Shown piece after piece: positions 8,406 to 21,000 of a stretch of DNA of 64,000 bases (positions within the stretch are counted from its first letter, which is position 1; each line of letters opens with the position of its first letter). The notes under the pieces were generated by a model that worked only from the letters and a program-made list of their open reading frames with translations, did not search any database and was not told the DNA's origin. The position numbers and the translations under genes are program-made. The stretch spans positions 11,765 to 75,764 of the forward strand of contig NIVC01002217.1 in the NCBI GenBank assembly GCA_002269645.1. Reading direction: 5' to 3'. This DNA is from Macrostomum lignano (lineage: Eukaryota).

Positions 8406-11400
8406 ATGCTCAACTACCTGAAGCGCCGATTCTCGTCGGGCGATCTGCAAGGCGAAGGAGCTGACAGTCGGGCACAGCAGGAACAGGAGCTCCAGCAGCA
8501 GCAGCAAGAGCAGCAAAAAGAGCAAAAAGAGCAACAGGAGCAAAAGAAAGCGGAAGCTCGGGAATCGCAGGCAGCCACGCCGGTGCAGCCAAGAAAGTCG
8601 GTCTACCCAAGCGCGCCAACGTCGCCATCGAAAACTGCGCAGCCGGCGCCAACTTCGGCCAGCAGCTTCGCTGGGCAGATCGGCAGCAGCATCATCGGCC
8701 GCAGCCTGCTGTTCCACGGCCGGTCGGCCAGCCGGGACCGCTGCAAGGTTTTGCTGGTTGTTGACGAGCCGCACACGGATTGGTGAGCCGGCGCAAGGAC
8801 TACTGAGACTAGATCTGGGCTTTTGGTCCTTGCACACCTTATAATTTAGGCCGACACGCAGGCACGCGCTCACACAGGGTGTTACAGCGGCCCTGACTTT
8901 CTAGTCATCGATCCGTTTATTTGTGGGCACTAACCGCGGCGAACTTTGCTTAACTTAGCCTCCCACGGGACCCATTGACTCTGGTGAAGCTTATGTACAT
9001 GTACATAAGGGCTGATGACGTGACGTACAATTTAATCTTGTCTCGAGAGCATAAAAACAGGAAATCCAGCCGGAAGTCGTATGAATTGAACTGCTTCATT
9101 TGGAGTGTTTTTTCTTGAGAAATTCCATCATAAAAATATTTCCGTCAATTCGCAAACGATGTACTTTAGGCGGTATTTTCTAGATCAATATTTCCGGATA
9201 CTTGAGCCGATTGGAAAGCTAAATTTCTCCCAGCGCGTTCATCCCAAGCCCATGATAATTGAGTCGATCGTGAGTCGAGTCTATGAGACTAATGGAATCA
9301 AACCTGATTAGCCATGCCAGCACTCTCAGCCCCGCCCAACCTTATCGCTATGCAATCGATACGACTTCTCTCCGCAGGTCCAAGTACTTTCGCAGTCGCA
9401 AAATCCAGTCCGACTGGGATGTTCGAGTGGAACAGGTGACTTTCTATACTCTAGTCTATGGCCTTGATTGTTGATGGCTACTGGCACTCATTAAACCTGA
9501 GTTCGGTTTTTCTGCAGGCTGCATTTTCGGATATCCGTCTGACGGCCAGTTCAGCTGGCGGCTGTCAGATCAGCGTGGGCTCCGGCAAGTCTGCCAGGTG
9601 AGCTGATGGTTCTGCCGTCTCCCTGTCCTTCCTGTGACAGTCCTCAGTGCCCTGTCCTTCCCGTGACAGTCCTCAGTGCCCTGTGCTTCCTGTGACAGTC
9701 CTCAGTGCCCTGTGCTTCCTGTGACAGTCCTCAGTGCCCTGTGCTTCCTGTGACAGTCCTCAGTGCCCTGTCCTTCCCGTGACAGTCCTCAGTGCCCTGT
9801 GCTTCCTGTGACAGTCCTCAGTGCCCTGTCCTTCCCGTGACAGTCCTCAGTGCCCTGTGCTTCCTGTGACAGTCCTCAGTGCCCTGTGCTTCCTGTGACA
9901 GTCTTCAGTGCTATGTCCTTCCTGTGACAGTCCTCAGTGCCCTGTCCTTCCTGTGACAGCCCTCAGTGCCCTGTCCTTCCTGTGACAGTCCTCAGTGCCC
10001 TGTCCTTCCTGTGACAGTCCTCAGTGCCCTGTCCTTCCTGTGACAGTCTTCAGTGCCCTGTCCTTCCTGTGACAGTCCTCAGTGCCCTGTCCTTCCTGTG
10101 ACAGTCCTCAGTTCCCTGAGCTTCCTGTGACAGTCCTCAGTGCCCTGTCCTTCCTGTGACAGTCCTCAGTGCCCTGTCCTTCCTGTGACAGTCCTCAGTG
10201 CCCTGTCCTTCCTGTGACAGTCCTCAGTGCCCTGTCCTTCCTGTGACAGTCCTCAGTGCCCTGTCCTTCCTGTGACAGTCCTCAGTGCCCTGTCCTTCCT
10301 GTGACAGTCTTCAGTGCCCTGTCCTTCCTGTGACAGTCCTCAGTGTCCTGTCCTTCCTGTGACAGCCCTCAGTGCCCTGTCCTTCCTGTGACAGTCTTCA
10401 GTGCCCTGTCCTTCCTGTGACAGTCTTCAGTGACCTGTGCTTCCTGTGACAGTCCTCAGTGCCCTATGCTTCCTGTGACAGTCCTCAGTGCCCTGTGCTT
10501 CCTGTGACAGTCCACAGTGCCCTGTGCTTCCTGTGACAGTCCTCAGTGCCTGTCTTCCTGTGACAATCCTCAGTGCCCTATGCTTCCTGTGACAGTCCCC
10601 AGTGCCCTGTGCTTCGCGTGACAGTCCTCAGTGCCCTGTCCTTCCTGTGACAGTCCTCAGTGCCCTGAGCTTCCTGTGACAGTCCTCAGTTCCCTGTGCT
10701 TCCTGTGACAGTCCTCAGTGCCCTGTGCTTCCTGTGACAGTCCTCAGTGCCCTGTGCTTCCTGTGACAGTCCTCAGTTCCCTGTGCTTCCTGTGACAGTC
10801 CTCAGTGCCCTGTGCTTCCTGTGACAGTCCTCAGTTCCCTGTGCTTTCTGTGACAGTCCTCAGTTCCCTGTGCTTCCTGTGACAGTCCTCAGTGCCCTGT
10901 GCTTCCTGTGACAGTCCTCAGTTCCCTGTGCTTCCTGTGACAGTCCTCAGTGCCCTGTGCTTCCTGTGACAGTCCTCAGTGCCTGTCTTTCTGTGACAGT
11001 CCTCAGTTCCCTGTGCTTCCTGTGACAGTCCTCAGTGCCCTGTGCTTCCTGTGACAGTCCCCAGTGCCCTGTGCTTCCTGTGACAGTCCTCAGTGCCCTG
11101 TCCTTCCTGTGACAGTCCTCAGTGCCCTGAGCTTCCTGTGACAGTCCTCAGTGCCCTGTGCTTCCTGTGACAGTCCTCAGTGCCCTGTGCTTCCTGTGAC
11201 AGTCCTCAGTGCCCTGTCCTTCCTGTGACAGTCCTCAGTTCCCTGTGCTTCCTGTGACAGTCCTCAGTGCCCTGTGCTTCCTGTGACAGTCCTCAGTGCC
11301 CTGTGCTTCCTGTGACAGTCCTCAGTTCCCTGTGCTTCCTGTGACAGTCCTCAGTGCCCTGTGCTTCCTGTGACAGTCCTCAGTTCCCTGTGCTTTCTGT

Positions 11401-12016
11401 GACAGTCCTCAGTTCCCTGTGCTTCCTGTGACAGTCCTCAGTGCCCTGTGCTTCCTGTGACAGTCCTCAGTTCCCTGTGCTTCCTGTGACAGTCCTCAGT
11501 GCCCTGTGCTTCCTGTGACAGTCCTCAGTGCCTGTCTTTCTGTGACAGTCCTCAGTTCCCTGTGCTTCCTGTGACAGTCCTCAGTGCCCTGTGCTTCCTG
11601 TGACAGTCCCCAGTGCCCTGTGCTTCCTGTGACAGTCCTCAGTGCCCTGTCCTTCCTGTGACAGTCCTCAGTGCCCTGTGCTTCCTGTGACAGTCCTCAG
11701 TGCCCTGTGCTTCCTGTGACAGTCCTCAGTGCCCTGTGCTTCCTGTGACAGTCCTCAGTGCCCTGTCCTTCCTGTGACAGTCCTCAGTTCCCTGTGCTTC
11801 CTGTGACAGTCCTCAGTGCCCTGTCCTTCCTGTGACAGTCCTCAGTGCCCCACCCTTTCTTCTAAATGCTCATTTAAATTCCTGATAAACGTCAACCCCC
11901 CTCCAGAGTCCTTTTCGATGGACTGTAGATCAGAGTCTTGGCGCCAGCCCAGTCTCATCTTCCATCCATACGAGGCTTCATCACTTTAATGTTTGCTCAG
12001 TAAGCACTAAAAGCGG

Positions 12017-12085
<69 letters not shown>

Positions 12086-15000
12086 CGTTTCTTGGTGCTC
12101 CTCCAAGGTTCAGGAACATTCCGTTTTTTCCTGACCCTATCGTCTGTGCCTTCTCTGACTTTCCATTCTAAGCATTCATCTGAGTGGGCCGGGGTATTCA
12201 AAATTGGATGTTTTGATACCGTTTCCGAGGACTAATAATATTTCAGCTTCATGCTGGGGTCTCATTTAATACTCATTTTTATGAGTATGAGTGTCACAGT
12301 CATTGCTCACACAACTTATTACTATTCTTCATACAAAGTATGAATAGAATCTCTCATATCTAATCGAAGGTTGACGGATTTCAAACATGATTTTACAGCA
12401 GAGTCGCACAGAGCATTCACATTTAGGTTTCATAAGTACTTAAATATTAATAACAATTGATTACCTGCCCAATTGGGCCAGATGTGCAACCGACAGCTCA
12501 GCCGCTGTGCGCTGCGCATCTGAAGGCTGCGTACGGCTGTTCAGTCCAAGGACTGGGGGGTCGCCACGCACCCCCTCAACTACCCCAGCTAATGCTGGCA
12601 CCCATTTTACAGCTGGGTGAACTGAAGCAATGCAGAGTTAAGTGTCTTGCTCAAGGACACAAATCGTTCCGTGGGATCAGGAATCGAACCCCCGACCTTC
12701 AAGTCTGAGTCGGACGCTCTAACCACTAGGCTACAACCCTCAGCCGTAAAACAGTATCTAGGACCATTCGTTAACTGGTTCCTTGACATTAGTTACTGGT
12801 GCTAATTACGGCTACTTTATTTTACTCCTACTTTTCTGAAGGCTCATAGTTATGAGATAATTCTATTGATTTTTTGTTGATACTCGTCCTGCAAGCTTGG
12901 CTTCCAATAGTCGAACAGTTCCCAAAGCCATCTGCTGGGGGCCGGGGCAGAGAGCTTGTCCTGTCAGAAACGCAGTGGCCCATCGCCAAGCCCAAGAGCA
13001 AATATTTGCCGCCTATTCAAATCGGGAGAACACAGCGACTGCACTCTTAGCTGTTGCAGTGGACTGGCATTGTCAGGGATGAGATTTGGAGTGCCGCGAT
13101 TCCTCAACTGGGTAGCGAGGGGGAGCTCTGGCTTGGACTGCGTCCAACGGCTTCCTGCATCATAGGTTTAAGGCCTTACAGATTGATGTCAAACTAAGGT
13201 TGCGTGTCTAACAGGTTTGATACCTAGCAGTTTTGATCTCTAACAGGTTTGATGTCTAACCGGTTTCGTGTCTAACCGGTTACGTCTAACCGGTTTCATG
13301 TCTAACCGGTTTCATGTCTAACCGGTTTCATGTCTAACAGGTTTGATGTCTAACCGGTTTCATGTCTAGCCGATTTCGTGTCTAACAGGTTTCATGTCTA
13401 ATAGGTTTCATGTCTAACAGGTTTCATGTCTAACCGGTTTCGTGTCTAACAGGTTTGATACCTAGCAGTTTTGATCTCTAACAGGTTTCATGTCTAACCG
13501 GTTTCATGTCTAACCGGTTTCATGTCTAACAGGTTTGATGTCCAACCGGTTTCATGTCTAGCCGATTTCGTGTCTAACAGGTTTCATGTCTAATAGGTTT
13601 CATGTCTAACAGGTTTGATGTCTAACCGGTTTCGTGTCTAACAGGTTTGATACCTAGCAGTTTTGATCTCTAACAGGTTTGATGTCTAGCCGGTTTCATG
13701 TCGAACAGTTTTCATGTCTAACAGGTTTGGTGTCTAACAAATTTGATGTCTAACAGGTCTCTAGCTCACCGCAGATACTTGCGCTCCACCCGAACCCATC
13801 AGACTCTTCAAGCCGGACTGCGCACTGATTCGTCAGCGAGTTCGCGACGCTCGCAGCGATTGGCGCGGCCTGCTGGCCGGTTTGACCTACGCCGGGGTGC
13901 CGTGCGTCAACCAGGCCGCCACGCTGTACAACTTCGCCGACAGGGCCTGGCTGGTGAGCGAGGGGCCTCTCACAGAAGAGAATGTGAAGTAAAGATCTTA
14001 CAGTGTACAGTACATCTAGAACTTCCAACTTGCATGTCCACGCGCACGGCAGACTCAAGGTGAAGAACCAGATACTGCTCCTGGCCTATCGTCTCTGCCT
14101 GTCCTCTCTGCCTGTCCTCTCTGCCTGTCCTCTCTGCCTGTCCTCTCTGCCTGTCCTCTCTGCCTGTCCTCTCTGCCTGTCCTCTCTGCCTGTCCTCTCT
14201 GCCTGTCCTCTCTGCCTGTCCTCTCTGCCTGTCCTCTCTGCCTGTCCTCTCTGCCTGTCCTCTCTGCCTGTCCTCTCTGCCTGTCCTCTCTGCCTGTCCT
14301 CTCTGCCTGTCCTCTCTGCCTGTCCTCTCTGCCTGTCCTCTCTGCCTGTCCTCTCTGCCTGTCCTCTCTGCCTGTCCTCTCTGCCTGTCCTCTCTGCCTG
14401 TCCTCTCTGCCTGTCCTCTCTGCCTGTCCTCTCTGCCTGTCCTCTCTGCCTGTCCTCTCTGCCTGTCCTCTCTGCCTGTCCTCTCTGCCTGTCCTCTCTG
14501 CCTGTCCTCTCTGCCTGTCCTCTCTGCCTGTCCTCTCTGCCTGTCCTCTCTGCCTGTCCTCTCTGCCTGTCCTCTCTGCCTGTCCTCTCTGCCTGTCCTC
14601 TCTGCCTGTCCTCTCTGCCTGTCCTCTCTCCCTGTCCTCTCTCCCTGTCTTCTCTCCCTGTCTTCTCTCCCTGTCCTCTCTCCCTACCTGTGTCTCTAGC
14701 TGTTTTTCCCTTTCCCTAAATCTACCTCACTCATTCTACTCTAAATTTTCCACGATGCTACTGTCAGTAGCCAGGATTGTGTATACTCTTTAGCCATGTT
14801 CGTGTTATAGGGAGGTGCGCAGTCTAAATTACTTTCTTGAGTACCCGGAGACAAGTAAACCCCGCTCGCATCAGAATATCCACTTAGCCAGTTGCTACAC
14901 TGGAAATCCATTGCCCCCCTTTGCTCCAACAGTTCGCCAACCTGACGCGACTGCAGGCTCGAACAGGCGCCGAGGCCTTCCCGCTGATTGACCAGACCAT

Positions 15001-18000
15001 CTATCTGGGACACCTGGACCTGGTAAGGTTTGCCGGCTGTTGTTGACAGGATTTGGCACTATTAGTCGCTTTAGCGGTCCGCGAAATTCAAGCAAAATTT
15101 CAGATTCTCACTAGCGATGTCTGCTAGGCGGATTTTCAAACAAATAATTCTGTAAACTGTAACTTTGATAAGGCTAAGCTCAATAGGGCAGTCCCTATCT
15201 AGCTAATGCATTTCGCAACGAAGGCACTGCTGTGCAGCTCCTGGCTGCTAACAGAACCGAAGAAAGATCTGCCGTTTCGCTTTCCGAGCAGCAGAACAAG
15301 CAGCCAATGAAGACAATTTTGCCGGAATGATGGGGCCGCTTCGCCTCTCGCTGAAAGCCTGTCGTTTCTTGCGCCGAGATAATTATTTTCTGTGCTTCTT
15401 TTCCAGCATCCGCGCTCCGTCATTGGGGGGAGGCGGGGGGGCTGGCTGTGGTTAATTAGTCCCGTGTCCGCGCGCGCTGTGCGTCCCTAGCAACGGGTGG
15501 GCACGAGTAAAGTGCAGAGCCTCACCGCTTCACCGTCCCAGGACCGCATTGTGTCCCAATGAATGATGCCTTCGCAGATTGGCATCGCGTGCAAGCGCCC
15601 GCTGGAGCTCACAGCTGAGTCCCAATTGAGCAGAGCTGGTTGGGGGGGGGGGGGCAGATTGCTTCTAGTAGCAAAAAATAGTCTGTTCGGAAGCACATCT
15701 GTTTCCGTCCCTTCGTCTCTTCTAGCCCGCATGTGTTCCATTCTGAACTTTCTTAATCTGGCCGCCCATATAGCCGTACGGAAATCCTGTGCTGTCTAGA
15801 CTGATCCACTTCTGCCTACACAACTCCAGTGCTCAGTATTGATTTCGCATCGGCTGGGGATGCACTTTGCCACCCCAGGACTGGGCTCTGATTTTAATGC
15901 GATTCTTCACTGCAGAGTGCCGAACTTCAGCGAGCCCTGGGTTGGGCACCGTGCGAGAGAGAGTTCCAGAGAGTGGCGCGTGTTTTGGGCGGCATTAATC
16001 GATATTTTTGGGGATATGCGGAGAGATGGAAACAACTAGGCAGAGTTTATAAAGATCATAGAGAGATCATAGAGAGATCATAGAGAGATCATAGAGAGAT
16101 CAAAGAGAGATCATAGAGAAATCATGCGATTAGGTAGAAATTAAGGACAGATTAAAGGGAGTGACGAGAGAGATTTGGAGAGAGAAGGCAGAAATTGGGG
16201 ACAGAGGACAGAGATTAGATAGAGATTAGATAGAGATTAGATAGAGATAAGACAAAGATTAGACAGAGGTTAGCCAGAGATTAGATAGTGGTTAGACAAA
16301 GATTAGACAGAGATTAGATAGAGATTAGATAGAGATTAGACAGAGATTAGATAGAGATTAGACAGAGATTAGACAGAGATTCGATGGAGATTAGATAGAG
16401 ATTAGACAGAGATTAGATAGAGATTAGACAGAGATTAGACAAAGATTAACCAGAGATTAGATAGAGATTAGACAGAGATTAGACAGAGATTAGATAGAGA
16501 TTAGACAGAGATTAGATAGAGATTAGACAGAGATTAGACAAAGATTAACCAGAGATTAGATAGAGATTAGACAGAGATTAGACAGAGGTTAGATAGAGAT
16601 TAGACAGAGATTAGACAGAGATTAGACAAAGATTAGACAGAGATTAGCCAGAGATTAGATAGAGATTAGATAGAGATTAGACAGAGATTAGCCAGATATT
16701 AGACAGAGATTAGACAGAGATTAGACAGAGATTAGACAGAGATTAGATAGAGATTAGCCAGATATTAGACAGAGATTAGACAATGACCAGGGAGAGATCA
16801 TAGATCAATTTAGCATTGCAGTTGTTGCCGCAGTTAAACCGGGGAATTTTTAAATCGGTAATTTTTCTATCCTGATTGGTCTGCCGATCAAGGGAGACGA
16901 GGGAGGGGGTCGAGCTGCCCAGACGCGAATTGGTTGGCCGCCTCAGGCTTGAATAGTTAGCCAACTCCCTTATGTTTACCGCTGGCGAGCAAATGCCACT
17001 TCTGCCGATGACTTCTAGACTGTTGGGTGCGGAGCTCCGCCCCCTATCTGCTTGCCGCCTCTCCTCCCTTCCCTCATCATATTTCTTTCCCCAGCAGATG
17101 GGGAGAAACTGTGCGCTACAGTGGCGGCACGCCCCCCCCCCTAAATCGATTTGGCGCAATTCCCACTCCCCCTCCCCCTGCTGGCTTGGGAGAAAACCGG
17201 CGGATGTTCTTTGAAGGGGCGAATGGGGATCGAATTAGGGAAGCCAGGCCTGCAGTATCCGACTCTCGAGCCATAACTTACATAGTAGAAGTGCCGAGTG
17301 AAGGTATTCATTTTATTTACTGTGAATTCAATAAGTCACTCTCGATGAAAACAGATCAATACAGCGTGCTCGATAGATAGCGTCTTTGGAACTCGTCAGT
17401 TTTTGCTCACTTGGTTATGATCGGACTCGTTTTTGCTCTGATTTGAGTCACTCTGCTCTGATTTGAGTCACTCTGCACTCATTTGAGTCACTCTGCACTC
17501 ATTTGAGTCACTCTGCTCCCAATTGAGTCACTCTGCTCTGACTTGAGTCACTCTGCTCCCATTTGAGTCACTCTGCTCTGATTTGAGTCACTCTGCACTC
17601 ATTTGAGTCACTCTGCACTCATTTGAGTCACTCTGCACTCATTTGAGTCACTCTGCTCCCAATTGAGTCACTCTGCTCTGACTTGAGTCACTCTGCTCCC
17701 ATTTGAGTCACTCTGCTCTGATTTGAGTCACTCTGCACTCATTTGAGTCACTCTGCACTCATTTGAGTCACTCTGCACTCATTTGAGTCACTCTGCACTC
17801 ATTTGAGTCACTCTGCTCCCAATTGAGTCACTCTGCTCTGACTTGAGTCACTCTGCTCCCATTTGAGTCACTCTGCACTCATTTGAGACACTTTTGCATT
17901 CATTTGAGTCACTCTGCTCCCATTTTAGTCACTCTGCTCCCATTTTAGTCACTCTGCTCCCATTTGAGTCACTCTGCTCTGATTTAAGTCATTCTACACT

Positions 18001-21000
18001 CATTTGAGTCACTCTGCTCCCATTTGAGTCACTCTGCTCCCATTTGAGTCACTCTGCTCCCATTTGAGCCACTCTGCAATCATTTGAGACACTTTTGCAT
18101 TCATTTGAGTCATTCTGCTCCCATTTGAGTCACTCTGCACTCATTTGAGACACTTTTGCATTCATTTGAGTCACTCTGCTCCCATTTTAGTCACTCTGCT
18201 CCCATTTGAGTCACTCTGCTCTGATTTAAGTCACTCTACACTCATTTGAGTCACTCTGCTCCCATTTGAGTCACTCTGCTCCCATTTGAGTCACTCTGCT
18301 CCCATTTGAGCCACTCTGCAATCATTTGAGCCACTCTGCTCCCATTTGAGCCACTCTGCAATCATCAGAGTCACTCTGCAATCATTTAAGTCACTCTGCA
18401 ATCATTTGAGCCACTCTGCAATCATCAGAGCCACTCTGCAATCATTTGAGCCACTCTGCAATCATTAGACTCTCAATGTCAGTTTCAATGAAAAAATATG
18501 ACGGCCATTGATTTCCAAATTTATTTAATCAGTAAAAGACAAATTTGAATGCGCAAGATCCCTCATTTTCGAGGCCAACCAATCAGTTCGAAAATTATCA
18601 TCTTCTGGTGTAATTTTAGCTCCTATGAATCACGAGGCGACTTGCGAGATCTGCGTGAACATCAATAGAGGTCTGAGACCGGGGCCTCCGAGACTCCGTC
18701 TGCACAGTTTATCTGTAGATTCCCTCTTCAATAAAAGTAGAATGAATACAGCAAAATAAAGCACACAGAGGCAGAGACCGACATACAAAAATAATGCAAA
18801 AAACATCAATCCGTACGGAGTAAGCGAGGTAAAACTGCTTGCAGAGAGAGAGAGCTAGTGTGAGGAAACGGCAAATACATCCATAATAATAATAGTAATA
18901 ATAAATAAATAAATAATAACAGTAATAATAAAGATAGTAATAGTGTTTATAATAATAGTAATAATTACTAGTGTGATAACAATTATTACTATTATACTTA
19001 CAATATTACTAAAGATTACTATAGATTAAAATACGCTCGTATTACTCTTATATATAGTAATAATATTATTACAATTAATAACAATATTAACAATAATAAG
19101 ACAAAACAGCGTGGCAATGGTTTCGCGGCCAGCCTTAGCGGTACTCATTGAAAAGCGGCAATTGATGGAAAAACTTGAAGGGGACACCACACGGCTCGAC
19201 AACTACTGGAAGAGATGAGCGAGCAAAAAATCCACGTTGCAAATGGGGAACTGCCCTAATATTTTTGGTTTCTGATTTGCTTTCACTGCTAATCTTAGCG
19301 GAGCCGCAAACCGGCATAAATGCACTTTAGAACTGACTGAGCCTGATTCAAATCAGCGCGCTGTTTTGTTAAAAACAGTTCAATCCGTGCAGTGATTTCT
19401 AAATAAGACGACTAACTCTTGAGAACTTCAGACTCAAGCTTAACTACGATATTATTATTAAAGAAGTAATTTCATTTTGTCTACTGCGTATGGCGCTTCT
19501 GTAGGAGGAAAACACCAACGTAAGAGCTACACACTCTCAATAGAGACAGAGACAGGAGACAGAGAGAGAAAGACAGTCAGAGTGAATAAATTCTGAGAGT
19601 TAAGTCGGCCTATTACTCTTATCTTATATTCTTCTCTCATCCTATCCTATTCTGTTCACTATGTCATTCTTACATTACCTTTCATGAAATAAACGAAATC
19701 TATCAAAGCATTTCTGGGCTGCTGCCAATAATGGATTTGCCTGTCGGAACAACTAAGAAATTTTCTTTTGCTATTGTTCGAGCTCGAAGGGTGCAGTGGG
19801 CGGTTGGATCAACAGAATAATATTAATCATTCAGAGGAAAATAACACCGATTTGTCGATAAAGTGTAACGTCCGGTTATTAATATTATTTGATTATGTTA
19901 GCGTGTAATGCCTCTGCGCTGGGCTTCAATTTGAAGATTGCCTGTGGCGCATTTCTTGTAGCGCTTGGTGCTGGCAGTGTGCCAGGCGCAGCCTGCGGTC
20001 CGCCTGTAGGGGTCCCTGTAGTAGGCGCAGTAGGAGAAGCTGGTCAGGCACATGAAGTAGTCCCTGCTGGGGTCGAAGCTGCACGAATTCGCCTGTTCTG
20101 CCGTGACGTTTTTGATTGGTTGAAACAGTCTGTCCTCGATCTGATTGGGTTGCGAAGGAGGGGAGGTGCTGAGGGTATTGAGAGGCCGATCTGCTTAATG
20201 TATTTTGTTTATCTGCCCGATGCATTCATACATGTATATCTGTGGAATGTGTTTGTCGATCTGTCGAATGTGTTTGTCGATCTGTCGAATGTGTTTGTCG
20301 ATCTGTCGAATGTGTTTGTCGATCTGTCGAATGTGTTTGCTAGTGTGATGAATGTGTTTGTCAATGTATCGAATGTGTTTGTCAATGTGTTTAATGTGTT
20401 TGTCGATGTATTAAATGTGTTTCTCAATGTGTTGAATGTGTTGAGTGTGTTTGTCAATGTGTTGAATGTGTTTTTCGATCTGTCTAATGTGTTTGTCAAT
20501 GTATCTAATGTATTTGTCAATGTGTTTAATGTGTTTGTAGATGTATCGAATGTGTTTGTCAATGTGTTGAATGTGTTTTTTGATCTGTCTAATGTGTTTG
20601 TCAATGTATCTAATGTATTTGTCAATGTGTTTGATGTGTTTGTCAATGTATCGAATGTATTTGTCAATGTGTTTAATGTGTTTGTCGATGTATTGAATGT
20701 GTTTGTCAATGTGTTGAATGTATCTAATGCGTTTGTCAATGTGTTTAATGTGTGTCATTGTATCTAATGTGTTTGTCAATGTGTTTAATGTGTTTGTCAA
20801 TGTATCTAATGTGTTTGTCAATGTGTTGAATGTGTTTTTTGATCTGTCGAATGTGTTTGTCAATGTGTTTAATGTGTTTGTCGATGTATTGAATGTGTTT
20901 GTCAATGTGTTTAATGTGTTTGTCGATGTATTGAATGTGTTTGTCAATGTGTTGAATGTATCTAATGCGTTTGTCAATGTGTTTAATGTGTTTGTCAATG

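Noticed and set aside
8990-9030. Perfect 20-bp palindrome CTTATGTACATGTACATAAG followed by CRE-like TGACGT motifs in synapsin intron 1
   Set aside because: TACATGTA-type motifs recur elsewhere in the window (e.g. ~44410-44470), and the CRE matches are imperfect. There is no evidence of function.
12680-12741. tRNA gene
   Set aside because: A and B boxes are present, but there is no complete cloverleaf acceptor stem. The sequence continues into a repeat shared with 46301-46498, so it is a SINE head.
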